This document shows, piece after piece, positions 1-7,868 of a stretch of DNA of 64,000 nucleotides. This stretch comes from a virus. Position 1 is the first letter of the stretch. Each line of letters opens with the position of its first letter. The notes under the pieces were generated by a model, which saw only the letters and a list, made by a program, of their open reading frames with translations, did no database searches and had not been told where the DNA came from. Position numbers and translations under genes: made by a program. The DNA lies in the IMG/VR virus record IMGVR_UViG_3300045988_129625, positions 1 to 64,000 of that record; one strand, given 5' to 3'.

Positions 1-460
1 CAAAATTCAGCACTCTCTTCCAACAAAATTCAGCACTCTCTTCCAACAAAATTCAGCACTCTCTTCCAACAAAATTCAACAGATCAGCGTTTTAAAACAG
101 CATTCTGTAGGTTCTTCAAACAAGATTAAGGATTGCAGTGCTTTAAAACAGCATAATGTAGGTTCTTCCAACAAAATTCAACAGATCAGCGTTTTAAAAC
201 AGCATTCTGTAGGTTCTTCAAACAAGATTAAGGATTGCAGTGCTTTAAAACAGCATAATGTAGGTTCTTCCAACAAAATTCAACAGATCAGCGTTTTAAA
301 ACAGCATTCTGTAGGTTCTTCAAACAAGATTAAGGATTGCAGTGCTTTAAAACAGCATAATGTAGGATTTTCCAACAAAATTAAGACTTACAGCGTTTTT
401 AAAACAGTATTCTGTAGGTAAGAGTTAAGGACTGCATTATGTGAGTATTTTTTTCAATCG
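1..460. repeat. Tandem direct-repeat array: 3 x 23-bp unit (1-69, caaaattcagcactctcttccaa) followed by about 3.6 copies of a 102-bp unit (70-171, 172-273, 274-375, degenerate partial to ~440); each 102-bp unit is itself two diverged ~51-bp half-repeats; array runs off the window start
   Basis: Direct reading: exact 23-mer x3, then near-identical 102-mers at period 102; last copy carries substitutions (ggttcttcc->ggattttcc; caacagatcagc->aagacttacagc). Confidence 0.9.
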
Positions 461-489
461 GAATGTATAACAATTAAAACATAAACAAC

Positions 490-750
490 ATGAACGTATA
501 TGACTTTGCGCCTGACTTAGATTTGAGTAAGGAGGGAGAAGGTTCTATTTTTGGGGTAAGAGGAATAGAAGGTAGTGATGGTATAGTATATGCTAAGGTA
601 GTTAGCTGTGAAGAAGTTAAGGATTACAGTTGTGAGGGGTGTATTTTTAATGATTGTTATAAGAATGAATGTTTATTATCGCGTAGTAATAGTTGTATGG
701 ATGGAGATTGGATTTGTAGGTACGAACAGGCTGCCATAGAGGGGGAGTAG
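490..750 (+). CDS. hypothetical Cys-rich small protein (paralog of 2328..2576)
   Basis: ORF 86 aa; N-terminus MNVYDFAPDLDLSKEG vs MEVITFGPDMDLSSKEVG and shared C..CIFND..C pattern with ORF 2328..2576. Confidence 0.5.
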   Translation: MNVYDFAPDLDLSKEGEGSIFGVRGIEGSDGIVYAKVVSCEEVKDYSCEGCIFNDCYKNECLLSRSNSCMDGDWICRYEQAAIEGE

Positions 751-857
751 GCGGCGCCTTGGGCTAAGGCCTGCGGTTGTAGGTGGAACGTAGGTCGGAG
801 CAGAGCCGGAACAGTTTATTGTGGAACTAAAAAAAATAAAAAGGAGGAGATAGCGAT

Positions 858-938
858 ATGAAAAAGGCATTTAAGATATTTTCTATTATGTTTGTCATAG
901 AAATAGTGCTGATAGCTATTTTAGATGCTATGGCGTAA
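858..938 (+). CDS. 26-aa hydrophobic peptide MKKAFKIFSIMFVIEIVLIAILDAMA (single predicted TM helix)
   Basis: ATG at 858 preceded by strong SD-like AAAAGGAGGAGAT 6-8 nt upstream, rare in this genome; below the 60-aa ORF-track cutoff. Confidence 0.35.
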   Translation: MKKAFKIFSIMFVIEIVLIAILDAMA

Positions 939-980
939 GTGAGAAAAATTTCTTCATTAATTTTCTTATGCTTTAGACAG

Positions 981-1010
981 AATGCTCCCATCTGCGAAGA
1001 TCGGAGCATT
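981..1010 (+). terminator. stable hairpin, candidate intrinsic terminator/processing structure
   Basis: AATGCTCC(981-988)/GGAGCATT(1003-1010) perfect 8-bp stem, inner ATCT/AGAT with GCGA (GNRA) tetraloop, followed by TTGCTTTAT. Confidence 0.4.
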
Positions 1011-1017
1011 TGCTTTA

Positions 1018-1062
1018 TGGGATTCATGGTGCGGTAGGCTGGTTCGATTCCGGCGATCTCAC
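1018..1062 (+). ncRNA. tRNA-like minihelix (acceptor stem + T-arm, no D/anticodon arms)
   Basis: T-arm GCTGG-TTCGATT-CCGGC (1038-1054) with canonical GGTTCGATTC T-loop; 3' strand GATCTCA (1055-1061) pairs 7/7 (2 G-U) with TGGGATT (1018-1024); discriminator C1062; only 13 nt between 5' strand and T-arm. Confidence 0.3.
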
Positions 1063-1085
1063 ACAACATTAAAATAGGGAAGAAC

Positions 1086-1490
1086 ATGTTAAAAGAAGAA
1101 TTTGAAGAACTGATTAAAAGGGAGGTAAACGAAAATCAGTATAAAAACATAGAAACGGCATACGAGGCTTTGCCGGAGTATATGGATAAGATGTATTTAG
1201 CAAGTGCTATTTCAAATGATATTGGGAAAGCTATTAATGTCTTATCGTTTTTAGGATCGTATATAAGCGAGTTAATGGGTTCAATAATAATCGAAAGGCA
1301 AAAGGTGGAATCATGTGCCTATGATTTAATAAATAAATCGCATGAGGAGGATGACTTGAAAGCAAGAGAGATTGCCGTGCGATTAATAGGAGAGAGGGAA
1401 ACAGTGGCATACACAGTAAAAGAAGGGCTGCCATTGTGGGAACAAGATAAAAAGTTTATAATAGAATTGATGAAGGAGGAAAGAAAATGA
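1086..1490 (+). CDS. hypothetical protein (134 aa)
   Basis: ORF in co-directional packed array; stop overlaps next start (ATGA). Confidence 0.55.
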   Translation: MLKEEFEELIKREVNENQYKNIETAYEALPEYMDKMYLASAISNDIGKAINVLSFLGSYISELMGSIIIERQKVESCAYDLINKSHEEDDLKAREIAVRLIGERETVAYTVKEGLPLWEQDKKFIIELMKEERK

Positions 1491-1828
1491 AAGATGGTAT
1501 TACATTACATCCAGAACACGGATTGAATCCGTCTATAGAAGTCTGCATGATATGTGGCGAAGAGATGGGGATTGCTTTATTAGGGAATAACATCAAAGGG
1601 CAGGCGCCGCATCATATATGCACGGGAGAAATATGTGACAATTGCAAAAAGATAATAGATGACGGAGGTTGTTTTATTATCGAAGTCGAGGATGGATCAG
1701 ATCAAAAGAATCCGTATCGTACAGGGAGATATTGCGCGATAAAGAAAGAAGCAGCAAAGAAAATACTTGGACAGGAACATAGTGTTGTGTACATGGAAAA
1801 GTCTGCATACAGTCAAATAATACCATAA
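1487..1828 (+). CDS. hypothetical Zn-ribbon-like protein (CMICGEE..., CDNCKK)
   Basis: ORF 113 aa with two CxxC pairs; ATGA overlap with upstream ORF. Confidence 0.55.
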   Translation: MKDGITLHPEHGLNPSIEVCMICGEEMGIALLGNNIKGQAPHHICTGEICDNCKKIIDDGGCFIIEVEDGSDQKNPYRTGRYCAIKKEAAKKILGQEHSVVYMEKSAYSQIIP

Positions 1829-1842
1829 AAATAAAGAAAGAT

Positions 1843-2154
1843 ATGTTTACAAAAGAAGAGCGATTATTCATATGGAAAAAGGTATATGAGATGATTGATA
1901 GGCAAGAGGATGGGGAATACATATGTGTTGCATTGAGAAATGTAGTATTAATGTTTTTCAAAACACATAATTTTTATGAGTTGAGTTCAAATAAACTGGT
2001 GAGGATATATTTCCCGGAATTGGAAGAGAAGATAGGTATGGCCACAGAACCAGAGGAAACAAGAACGTTTTATGGGTGGTTTGGTTGTATTAGTCCAGAA
2101 ACGAAGGAGATAAGGCTGAATATTGTAAAAGATATTATAAAAAAATTAGAATAG
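1843..2154 (+). CDS. hypothetical protein (103 aa)
   Basis: ORF in array. Confidence 0.5.
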   Translation: MFTKEERLFIWKKVYEMIDRQEDGEYICVALRNVVLMFFKTHNFYELSSNKLVRIYFPELEEKIGMATEPEETRTFYGWFGCISPETKEIRLNIVKDIIKKLE

Positions 2155-2213
2155 TATTTTTGTTAATCTATTTTATTCATCAAATTAAGTTTTGGGTTTT
2201 GGCATGTCGGTTC

Positions 2214-2307
2214 GTGAGGATAGGCATGTCTATTTCTGTATCATAGAGGGATGGCGCGGCGTGCCGGTATGTATGTGTCGGTCCTGGTTCGATTCTGGGT
2301 ATCTCAC
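2214..2307 (+). ncRNA. tRNA-like element, non-canonical (~94 nt)
   Basis: T-arm CCTGG-TTCGATT-CTGGG (2283-2299) and 3' acceptor strand TATCTCA+C closely matching element at 1038-1062 (shared GGTTCGATTCyGGyrATCTCACAmAACA and upstream ATGGyGCGG); TGAG(G)ATA at 2214-2221 can pair with the 3' strand with one bulge; internal GGCGC/GTGCC mini-hairpin; no canonical cloverleaf or anticodon loop found by eye. Confidence 0.25.
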
Positions 2308-2327
2308 AAACAATAAAGCATAATCAT

Positions 2328-2576
2328 ATGGAAGTAATAACATTTGGTCCAGACATGGATTTGTCTTCTAAAGAAGTAGGAGACGTATTTAGATTAAAAT
2401 TGCATGGCATAGAGTGTGACGTCAAAGTAGTTGGTGACGACGAAGACCCTCCTATGTTCTGCAAAGATTGTATATTTTTTAACGACTCTGAACGGTGTTC
2501 ACTCTCAGAATCGCAAGACTGGTGCCTAAAAAAGCAAGTTGTTTACTGTAAAATAAGACATGATGGGGAAATTTAA
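2328..2576 (+). CDS. hypothetical Cys-rich small protein (paralog of 490..750)
   Basis: ORF 82 aa; paralogy noted above. Confidence 0.5.
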   Translation: MEVITFGPDMDLSSKEVGDVFRLKLHGIECDVKVVGDDEDPPMFCKDCIFFNDSERCSLSESQDWCLKKQVVYCKIRHDGEI

Positions 2577-2751
2577 TACGAAAGACGCCAATTTCTTGTG
2601 GTGTCAAATTGGTAGGATTGATGGGGTGATAGAAACTCTGAACCGCACCGGAGGAGAGATGCCGGAGATTATAGCCGGAGTGCTAAAAAGAATAAGAGAT
2701 GATATAGATAAGTTTGTAGACAATAAAACGAAAGATTATGAGAATATATAG
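2560..2751 (+). CDS. hypothetical protein (63 aa)
   Basis: ORF in array. Confidence 0.4.
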   Translation: MMGKFNTKDANFLWCQIGRIDGVIETLNRTGGEMPEIIAGVLKRIRDDIDKFVDNKTKDYENI

Positions 2752-2971
2752 GAATGATATTATAAAGGCGTCAGCGATAAGCACAGGCAACGACAGAGGT
2801 TTGTTGTTGTGTTCAATAACAGATTCAGGCTTTACGTCTATAGCGAGCGTGATATCGGCCGTTAAAGACAAGTTACCAAACAAAGATCACAAGAAGATGG
2901 TTTTTGAAATTTTGAATGATACGAAAAAAGAGTACGGAAGATATAATAATTGCGGAACAAAAGTATTGTAA
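2738..2971 (+). CDS. hypothetical protein (77 aa)
   Basis: ORF in array. Confidence 0.4.
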   Translation: MRIYRNDIIKASAISTGNDRGLLLCSITDSGFTSIASVISAVKDKLPNKDHKKMVFEILNDTKKEYGRYNNCGTKVL

Positions 2972-3024
2972 TAAAGAGCAGAAAACAATATGTTTATGTA
3001 ATGTTAGTTTTTTCATTTTTATTG

Positions 3025-3070
3025 AAAGGAGCGCCGGCCTGTGAAGGTATGTGCTCCTTTGTATTTGTAT
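3025..3070 (+). terminator. intrinsic terminator candidate
   Basis: AAAGGAGC(3025-3032)/GCTCCTTT(3053-3060) perfect 8-bp stem with GC-rich 20-nt loop, then GTATTTGTAT. Confidence 0.45.
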
Positions 3071-3091
3071 AATACATAAAACAATAATAAT

Positions 3092-3346
3092 ATGACAGAT
3101 AATAACATAGATGTGAATATCGTACCTGTAAGGAATGGTGCGAAACGTGTTGTGGTATCATATTACCATTATTCACGCAAGGACAAAAATCACATGAGTT
3201 CCCAAACGGATTACGTGTGGGAAACAAAGAATGAAGAAATGTTTAAATACTTTGAGGCCAGGAGGACAAAAGTATTTTATAGTCAGATTCGTGCCATGTG
3301 TAGATTCTATGGTAAGAAAAATGTACGTAAATACAAAAAGCTATGA
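3092..3346 (+). CDS. hypothetical protein (84 aa)
   Basis: ORF in array. Confidence 0.4.
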   Translation: MTDNNIDVNIVPVRNGAKRVVVSYYHYSRKDKNHMSSQTDYVWETKNEEMFKYFEARRTKVFYSQIRAMCRFYGKKNVRKYKKL

Positions 3347-3673
3347 TGGGTGATTATACACCATTTTACATCAAAGATGAAAAATGATATACATTTGTAC
3401 GAAGCATCATACCGGGTATCACCAATACCCTCTACCGGTTGCTCAAAAGTGAGATCGCCGGATTCTTTTACTAAAAACGTTTTTGATTTTACCCATCTTA
3501 CGTTTTCAAGATGGAACCTTATATCAAAGACCTCTTTTGCCCAACCGTCTTGTCCGAAACGAGGGACTATGTGATTCGATTGAGTGAAACAAAGTTAGAA
3601 AAGAAAAATATGAAATTAAATAACATCCGTATGTTTTATAACATACGTTTAGTGTAAAATATATAATCACCCT

Positions 3674-4483
3674 ATGATATTAAAAACGACAACCAACGAA
3701 TTTTGTTTCATTAACGTAAGTTTCTATGAAACAGTAGCAGACCCGCGTCATTTCTTTTCACAGGAATATGATGAGATGCCGGAATATGAAGAAGAATCAG
3801 ATTTTGATTTTGATTCTTATTGCAATAAGTTTATTCCTTTTGTACAGGAATGGGCGAATAAGGTGGGCGAACGCCTTTATGAATATGGTGTGAATAACAT
3901 AAAGGTAATATCGGTCGGACATCCAAAAGATCGCAATTATGGTACTGATTGGATGGATGTAAGGGTAGAGTTTTGTGATGAATGGAGGCAAAAGATGTTA
4001 TCTAACATTGGTAAGATTGCCAATGATGATAAATGCAAGAAGTATGCGGAGGCTAATTACCGGTCGGTATCAGGATACATCTTTTTAGGGCCTGAAGATT
4101 TAAAGGAATTTGAAAAGGAAATAATAGAAAGAAAGTCAGATTCGGGATATGATGTAACAATATTGTTAAATATGTATCTAACTTTGGCTTTTGTAAAAGA
4201 ATTTGGATTTAAAGCCGGAGAAGCATGGAGTGAAATAACAGAATATGCTTACGGATGTTTGTCGTATTCTGATTTTGCAACAACAGAAATGCTTATACCG
4301 GAAGGTTCGGAGCATTTATTCAAAGACATTTACACGGCAAAGGCCGACGAATTATATCATCATGTCCTGGATAAATTCGGATGGGCGTGGCGTGATCCGA
4401 AATATAAGTCAGAAACAGAATTATGCGCAATGTTAAAATGGGCAAAAGAAAAAGGCTTGGCCATTGAAGAGTTAAGTATTTAA
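3674..4483 (+). CDS. hypothetical protein (269 aa)
   Basis: Long ORF; upstream hairpin CGTATGTT/AACATACG at 3625-3648. Confidence 0.6.
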   Translation: MILKTTTNEFCFINVSFYETVADPRHFFSQEYDEMPEYEEESDFDFDSYCNKFIPFVQEWANKVGERLYEYGVNNIKVISVGHPKDRNYGTDWMDVRVEFCDEWRQKMLSNIGKIANDDKCKKYAEANYRSVSGYIFLGPEDLKEFEKEIIERKSDSGYDVTILLNMYLTLAFVKEFGFKAGEAWSEITEYAYGCLSYSDFATTEMLIPEGSEHLFKDIYTAKADELYHHVLDKFGWAWRDPKYKSETELCAMLKWAKEKGLAIEELSI

Positions 4484-4510
4484 TTGTTAAACATAAGGCA
4501 GTAGTGGTGC

Positions 4511-4795
4511 GTGAGTATAGGTGCTGCCGTTAAAATATTTTATAAGATGAAAAAAGAAGAGATTCAAACTATTTTATACACAATCAAAGAAGGAGACAGT
4601 ATTAAGATCAAAGTACAAGACAAAAGTGAAGAGATAAGACTGCGGGATCATGTAAGAAGAGTACAGAAATACGGATACAGATTTTGTTTGTCTCATTTAC
4701 ATGATGGAATTTTCTATCTGGAGAAGTTAAAAGAAGGGGATAAGGATAAATACTATAGAGTAATAAACAGAGGAAATGGAAAGACCGGAGTATAA
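4511..4795 (+). CDS. hypothetical protein (94 aa)
   Basis: ORF in array. Confidence 0.4.
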   Translation: MSIGAAVKIFYKMKKEEIQTILYTIKEGDSIKIKVQDKSEEIRLRDHVRRVQKYGYRFCLSHLHDGIFYLEKLKEGDKDKYYRVINRGNGKTGV

Positions 4796-5019
4796 CAAGC
4801 TACGTAAAATGGCTAAGACTACTCCAGGTCTGATAGTGGACGAGGCGCAAAACATGATGCGTGTATCGCTATACGATAATGGGGAACTTAAGAAGGTGGT
4901 AGTAGTAATGAAATGCGATTCTTTTTTACAGTCAAAAAGTAACATAGAAAAGATAATGTTATTATCATCTTCTATAGAAGATAGAAAAAACAAGAAAAAA
5001 AATAAAACAAAATCAGAAA

Positions 5020-5403
5020 ATGAACAGAATAACAAAAATAAGAGAAGAAATAGGAGGAAAACAGGTTGATTTGACCTTTTACGGGCGCTTTTGCAGCCTT
5101 ATCGAAGGTGATAGGAAGATAATACTAAGGGCGATAAAAAGCGGTCATAAAAAAGGCGTAATCGGAGCCATTCAGCCTGGGAGACATGATAGAATTTGGA
5201 CCACATGGTCTATTGCTTTTGATGATTTGAAGGTAGGGGATACGGTAGAGTTCAGTACATCTGGAAAATACAATCCCGGATTTCATGCTACGGAAAAGTA
5301 TGTAGGGTGTGTAGAATGGATAAGGGGATCGGAATGTGCGATAAAAACCGGCAATGGAATAGCAGTAGTATTAATTAAACATGTAGAAAGGGTGGTAAAA
5401 TAA
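5020..5403 (+). CDS. hypothetical protein (127 aa)
   Basis: ORF in array. Confidence 0.5.
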   Translation: MNRITKIREEIGGKQVDLTFYGRFCSLIEGDRKIILRAIKSGHKKGVIGAIQPGRHDRIWTTWSIAFDDLKVGDTVEFSTSGKYNPGFHATEKYVGCVEWIRGSECAIKTGNGIAVVLIKHVERVVK

Positions 5404-5684
5404 TGGATTTAAGGATGTTTATAGACCTATTTCAGGAGATTGAGGTAGAGAACTTGTTTAAAGCGTTAGATTTATGTATGGAATATGTAAGATTAGATTT
5501 ACATGTGTTTAATGTAGGAGCTTATGTAACGTGTTCATACAGTAATGATCTTGAATCTCTTTCACAGGCAGAAGGTTGTAATGTGAATATGATAATAGAG
5601 GTACCCCACTTATTCGAAGCATTCATGGAATATGCTTCACCGGAAATGAAGTTGTATTATGAAAAACTAACAGAGATAGTATAA
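5403..5684 (+). CDS. hypothetical protein (93 aa)
   Basis: ORF in array, start abuts upstream stop. Confidence 0.5.
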   Translation: MDLRMFIDLFQEIEVENLFKALDLCMEYVRLDLHVFNVGAYVTCSYSNDLESLSQAEGCNVNMIIEVPHLFEAFMEYASPEMKLYYEKLTEIV

Positions 5685-5685
5685 T

Positions 5686-6159
5686 ATGAAAGAAGAAGTA
5701 GAACGGATAAAGAAGTTGGTAGGCATAGATCATAACAGATGGGAGCAACCTTGTACATGTGATAAATGCAAGAACATGTGTAAGGTTCCTTGTATTGGTA
5801 CGCCAAAAGACATAGAGGCTATCATAGATGCCGGATACGCTGACAGGTTAAAAGGAACAATGTGGATGGTAGGGTATCTTGCAGTGAAAGAAAAACCAAT
5901 AACGATGATCCAGCCAACAGAGAAAGATGGGTGGTGCGCATTCCGCCGGCCGGACGGTCTATGCGAGCTGCATGACCGTGGACTAAAGCCGACTGAAGGA
6001 GTTCTGGCTTCTTGTAAGGTGGTTAAAGAAGACAATGTTCCAACATACGAAACATCCGTACTTAGAGCAGTAGCTCATGAGTGGGTTAAAGTGGAGAACT
6101 TTGGAGATGTAATGAGGGTCGTTTTTAAATTTTTGCATGAAAATGAACGTAGAAAATGA
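5686..6159 (+). CDS. hypothetical Cys-rich protein (157 aa)
   Basis: ORF; CTCDKCKNMCKVPC motif. Confidence 0.55.
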   Translation: MKEEVERIKKLVGIDHNRWEQPCTCDKCKNMCKVPCIGTPKDIEAIIDAGYADRLKGTMWMVGYLAVKEKPITMIQPTEKDGWCAFRRPDGLCELHDRGLKPTEGVLASCKVVKEDNVPTYETSVLRAVAHEWVKVENFGDVMRVVFKFLHENERRK

Positions 6160-6547
6160 ATTAGATAAAGTAGTTAAGATCCTAAAAGAAAAAGGATTTG
6201 TAGTATATAGAAAGGGTGGAAAAGAGCCAGGTGTGTTTTACGCTAAAGAAGGTGACAGTCGAATAGGGTTCGTTTATCCTAATAACGGATATATATATGA
6301 CAGAATAAAAATGTGGTCTTTTTCAAGAATGTACAAACCACATAAGAAAACCGGATCTTCGTGCTTAATGTGTGTCAGCGACGAATTTACGATAGAGAAT
6401 GCGATTAAGAACATAGAGGATAGACTGTGGGTAAATTACATAAAAGACGGTAGCAGAAAACGACCAGAAGAATATAAAAATATAAGAGAATTTGTTGGTA
6501 GCTTCACTAAATTCTACAGCTCTGTAGAATTAGTTGAAGTTAAGTAG
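6137..6547 (+). CDS. hypothetical protein (136 aa)
   Basis: ORF in array. Confidence 0.55.
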   Translation: MKMNVENELDKVVKILKEKGFVVYRKGGKEPGVFYAKEGDSRIGFVYPNNGYIYDRIKMWSFSRMYKPHKKTGSSCLMCVSDEFTIENAIKNIEDRLWVNYIKDGSRKRPEEYKNIREFVGSFTKFYSSVELVEVK

Positions 6548-6625
6548 TTTTCCATGTAAGTTAGTTGCCGGCACTGGTCTGTGAAGATAGGTGTCGTTTT
6601 TTTTATTCAAGGAAGGAGGACAAAG

Positions 6626-7147
6626 ATGGAGAAAATAAGAATAGAAGTAGACAAAGTGATATTATACTATATGGATCGGGTAGACCCTGACGGGAACCTA
6701 TACCGGTTCTATGTATATAAAGATATGGCATCTGAAATAGAATACTTTTGTACGGAAGAGGCAGGTAATATGACTATACCAATCGGAGAAGGAAAGTATA
6801 TTGAAATCGTGCCAAGGGAAATAGTGAAAATACCAGTAAGGGGATACAGAAGGCTTGCTGGAATATGGAATTGTGAAACATGTAACGGAAAGGGATGGTA
6901 TAGGCTTTTTAATTATTTCAAATACAAGCCGACCCTATGTTATTTTAAAAAAGCGGGACATGATGAAAATGGGAACACAAGATACGAAATATCATTATTT
7001 AATGCCACTATGAATGTGACAAGGTGTTTTAATCTGTGGAGAATGAAGCCAGGAAAGCATGCTATGATAACAAACGAGTGTGGCGCCTTGGATATTATAA
7101 AAGAAAAATTTGACAACATAAATATAGTGGAATATGGATCTAAATAA
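6626..7147 (+). CDS. hypothetical protein (start trimmed from 6581 to ATG 6626)
   Basis: In-frame ATG at 6626 preceded by AAGGAAGGAGGA SD-like run; ORF-track start at 6581 lies inside hairpin-rich sequence. Confidence 0.55.
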   Translation: MEKIRIEVDKVILYYMDRVDPDGNLYRFYVYKDMASEIEYFCTEEAGNMTIPIGEGKYIEIVPREIVKIPVRGYRRLAGIWNCETCNGKGWYRLFNYFKYKPTLCYFKKAGHDENGNTRYEISLFNATMNVTRCFNLWRMKPGKHAMITNECGALDIIKEKFDNINIVEYGSK

Positions 7148-7493
7148 ATTGTATAAAGAAATAGAAGAAGCAGAGGTCAGTCTGAATGCAAAAAGATTAA
7201 AGTACATCAAAGAAGCATTAGCAGAAAACAATGGAATTATAAAGCTAAAGTTTAAAGAGTTTAAAGAAACTAATGATGCGTTTGACTTTGATGATCAGTT
7301 TCCGGTGATAATAGAAATTAATGGGATTCCTATGTTTTTAACGGAGGTGTATGTCAAAAAAAACGATTTTCGTATAGTTCTGCTGGATTATGATGATATG
7401 ACTTTAGGTGATTATGATAATACAGGGGAAAATGAACAGGTTGCTTATTTTATTAACTATTGTTTAAATCAAGACAAAGATGGGAAAGAGTAG
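7134..7493 (+). CDS. hypothetical acidic protein (119 aa)
   Basis: ORF in array. Confidence 0.5.
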   Translation: MDLNKLYKEIEEAEVSLNAKRLKYIKEALAENNGIIKLKFKEFKETNDAFDFDDQFPVIIEINGIPMFLTEVYVKKNDFRIVLLDYDDMTLGDYDNTGENEQVAYFINYCLNQDKDGKE

Positions 7494-7668
7494 AAAAGAT
7501 TATGAGAAGTTTCTTAACTCAATATCTCCAGATAGAGACGATGAGACATGGATCATTGGAGGAAAGAACAGGTATTGCGGTAGAGAGAATTATGGCACTA
7601 TGATCAAAAGGTATGATCCTATTGGTTTTAATGTAGGGTACAGAGAGTGGGCAGAACAGCCAGAGTAA
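7480..7668 (+). CDS. hypothetical protein (62 aa)
   Basis: ORF in array. Confidence 0.4.
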   Translation: MGKSRKDYEKFLNSISPDRDDETWIIGGKNRYCGRENYGTMIKRYDPIGFNVGYREWAEQPE

Positions 7669-7830
7669 GGTGGCGCCTGCCCTGCCATGAGATCGGCCTG
7701 GCTGTCTGTGGCCAGGACCGTATATTAGTCAGATAGTGACGGACGCCACAGGAGACAGGTGGGTAAAGTGCGAAGAGCTCCGGTTCGGGGGGGGGGAGAC
7801 GCGGCCTGCATCACATGGCGTAAGGCTACA
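7669..7830 (+). other. GC-rich (~60% GC) structured intergenic island with G10 homopolymer (7797-7806); candidate small RNA or mobile-element relic
   Basis: Compositional outlier between stop at 7668 and ATG at 7869; hairpin GGCCTGGC..GCCAGGaCC; long-range GTGGCG(7669-7674)/CGCCAC pairing; ten consecutive G. Confidence 0.3.
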
Positions 7831-7868
7831 GTAGATGAAATTATTGAACATTTTAAAAGAAGATAATT

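Noticed and set aside
1-460. Possible CRISPR array
   Set aside because: The units are contiguous near-identical tandem copies with no unique spacers, and the period (102/51 bp) and hierarchical structure are wrong for CRISPR. It is a tandem repeat.
751-1062. tmRNA (tRNA-like 3' end plus small peptide ORF)
   Set aside because: The peptide ORF has its own ATG and a strong SD, so it is an mRNA rather than a resume-codon tag. The tRNA-like acceptor pairing is local (a minihelix) and does not pair with a distant 5' end.
2214-2307. Canonical suppressor tRNA(UCA)
   Set aside because: I could not construct a cloverleaf with a 7-nt anticodon loop carrying TCA. Only the T-arm and acceptor parts are convincing.
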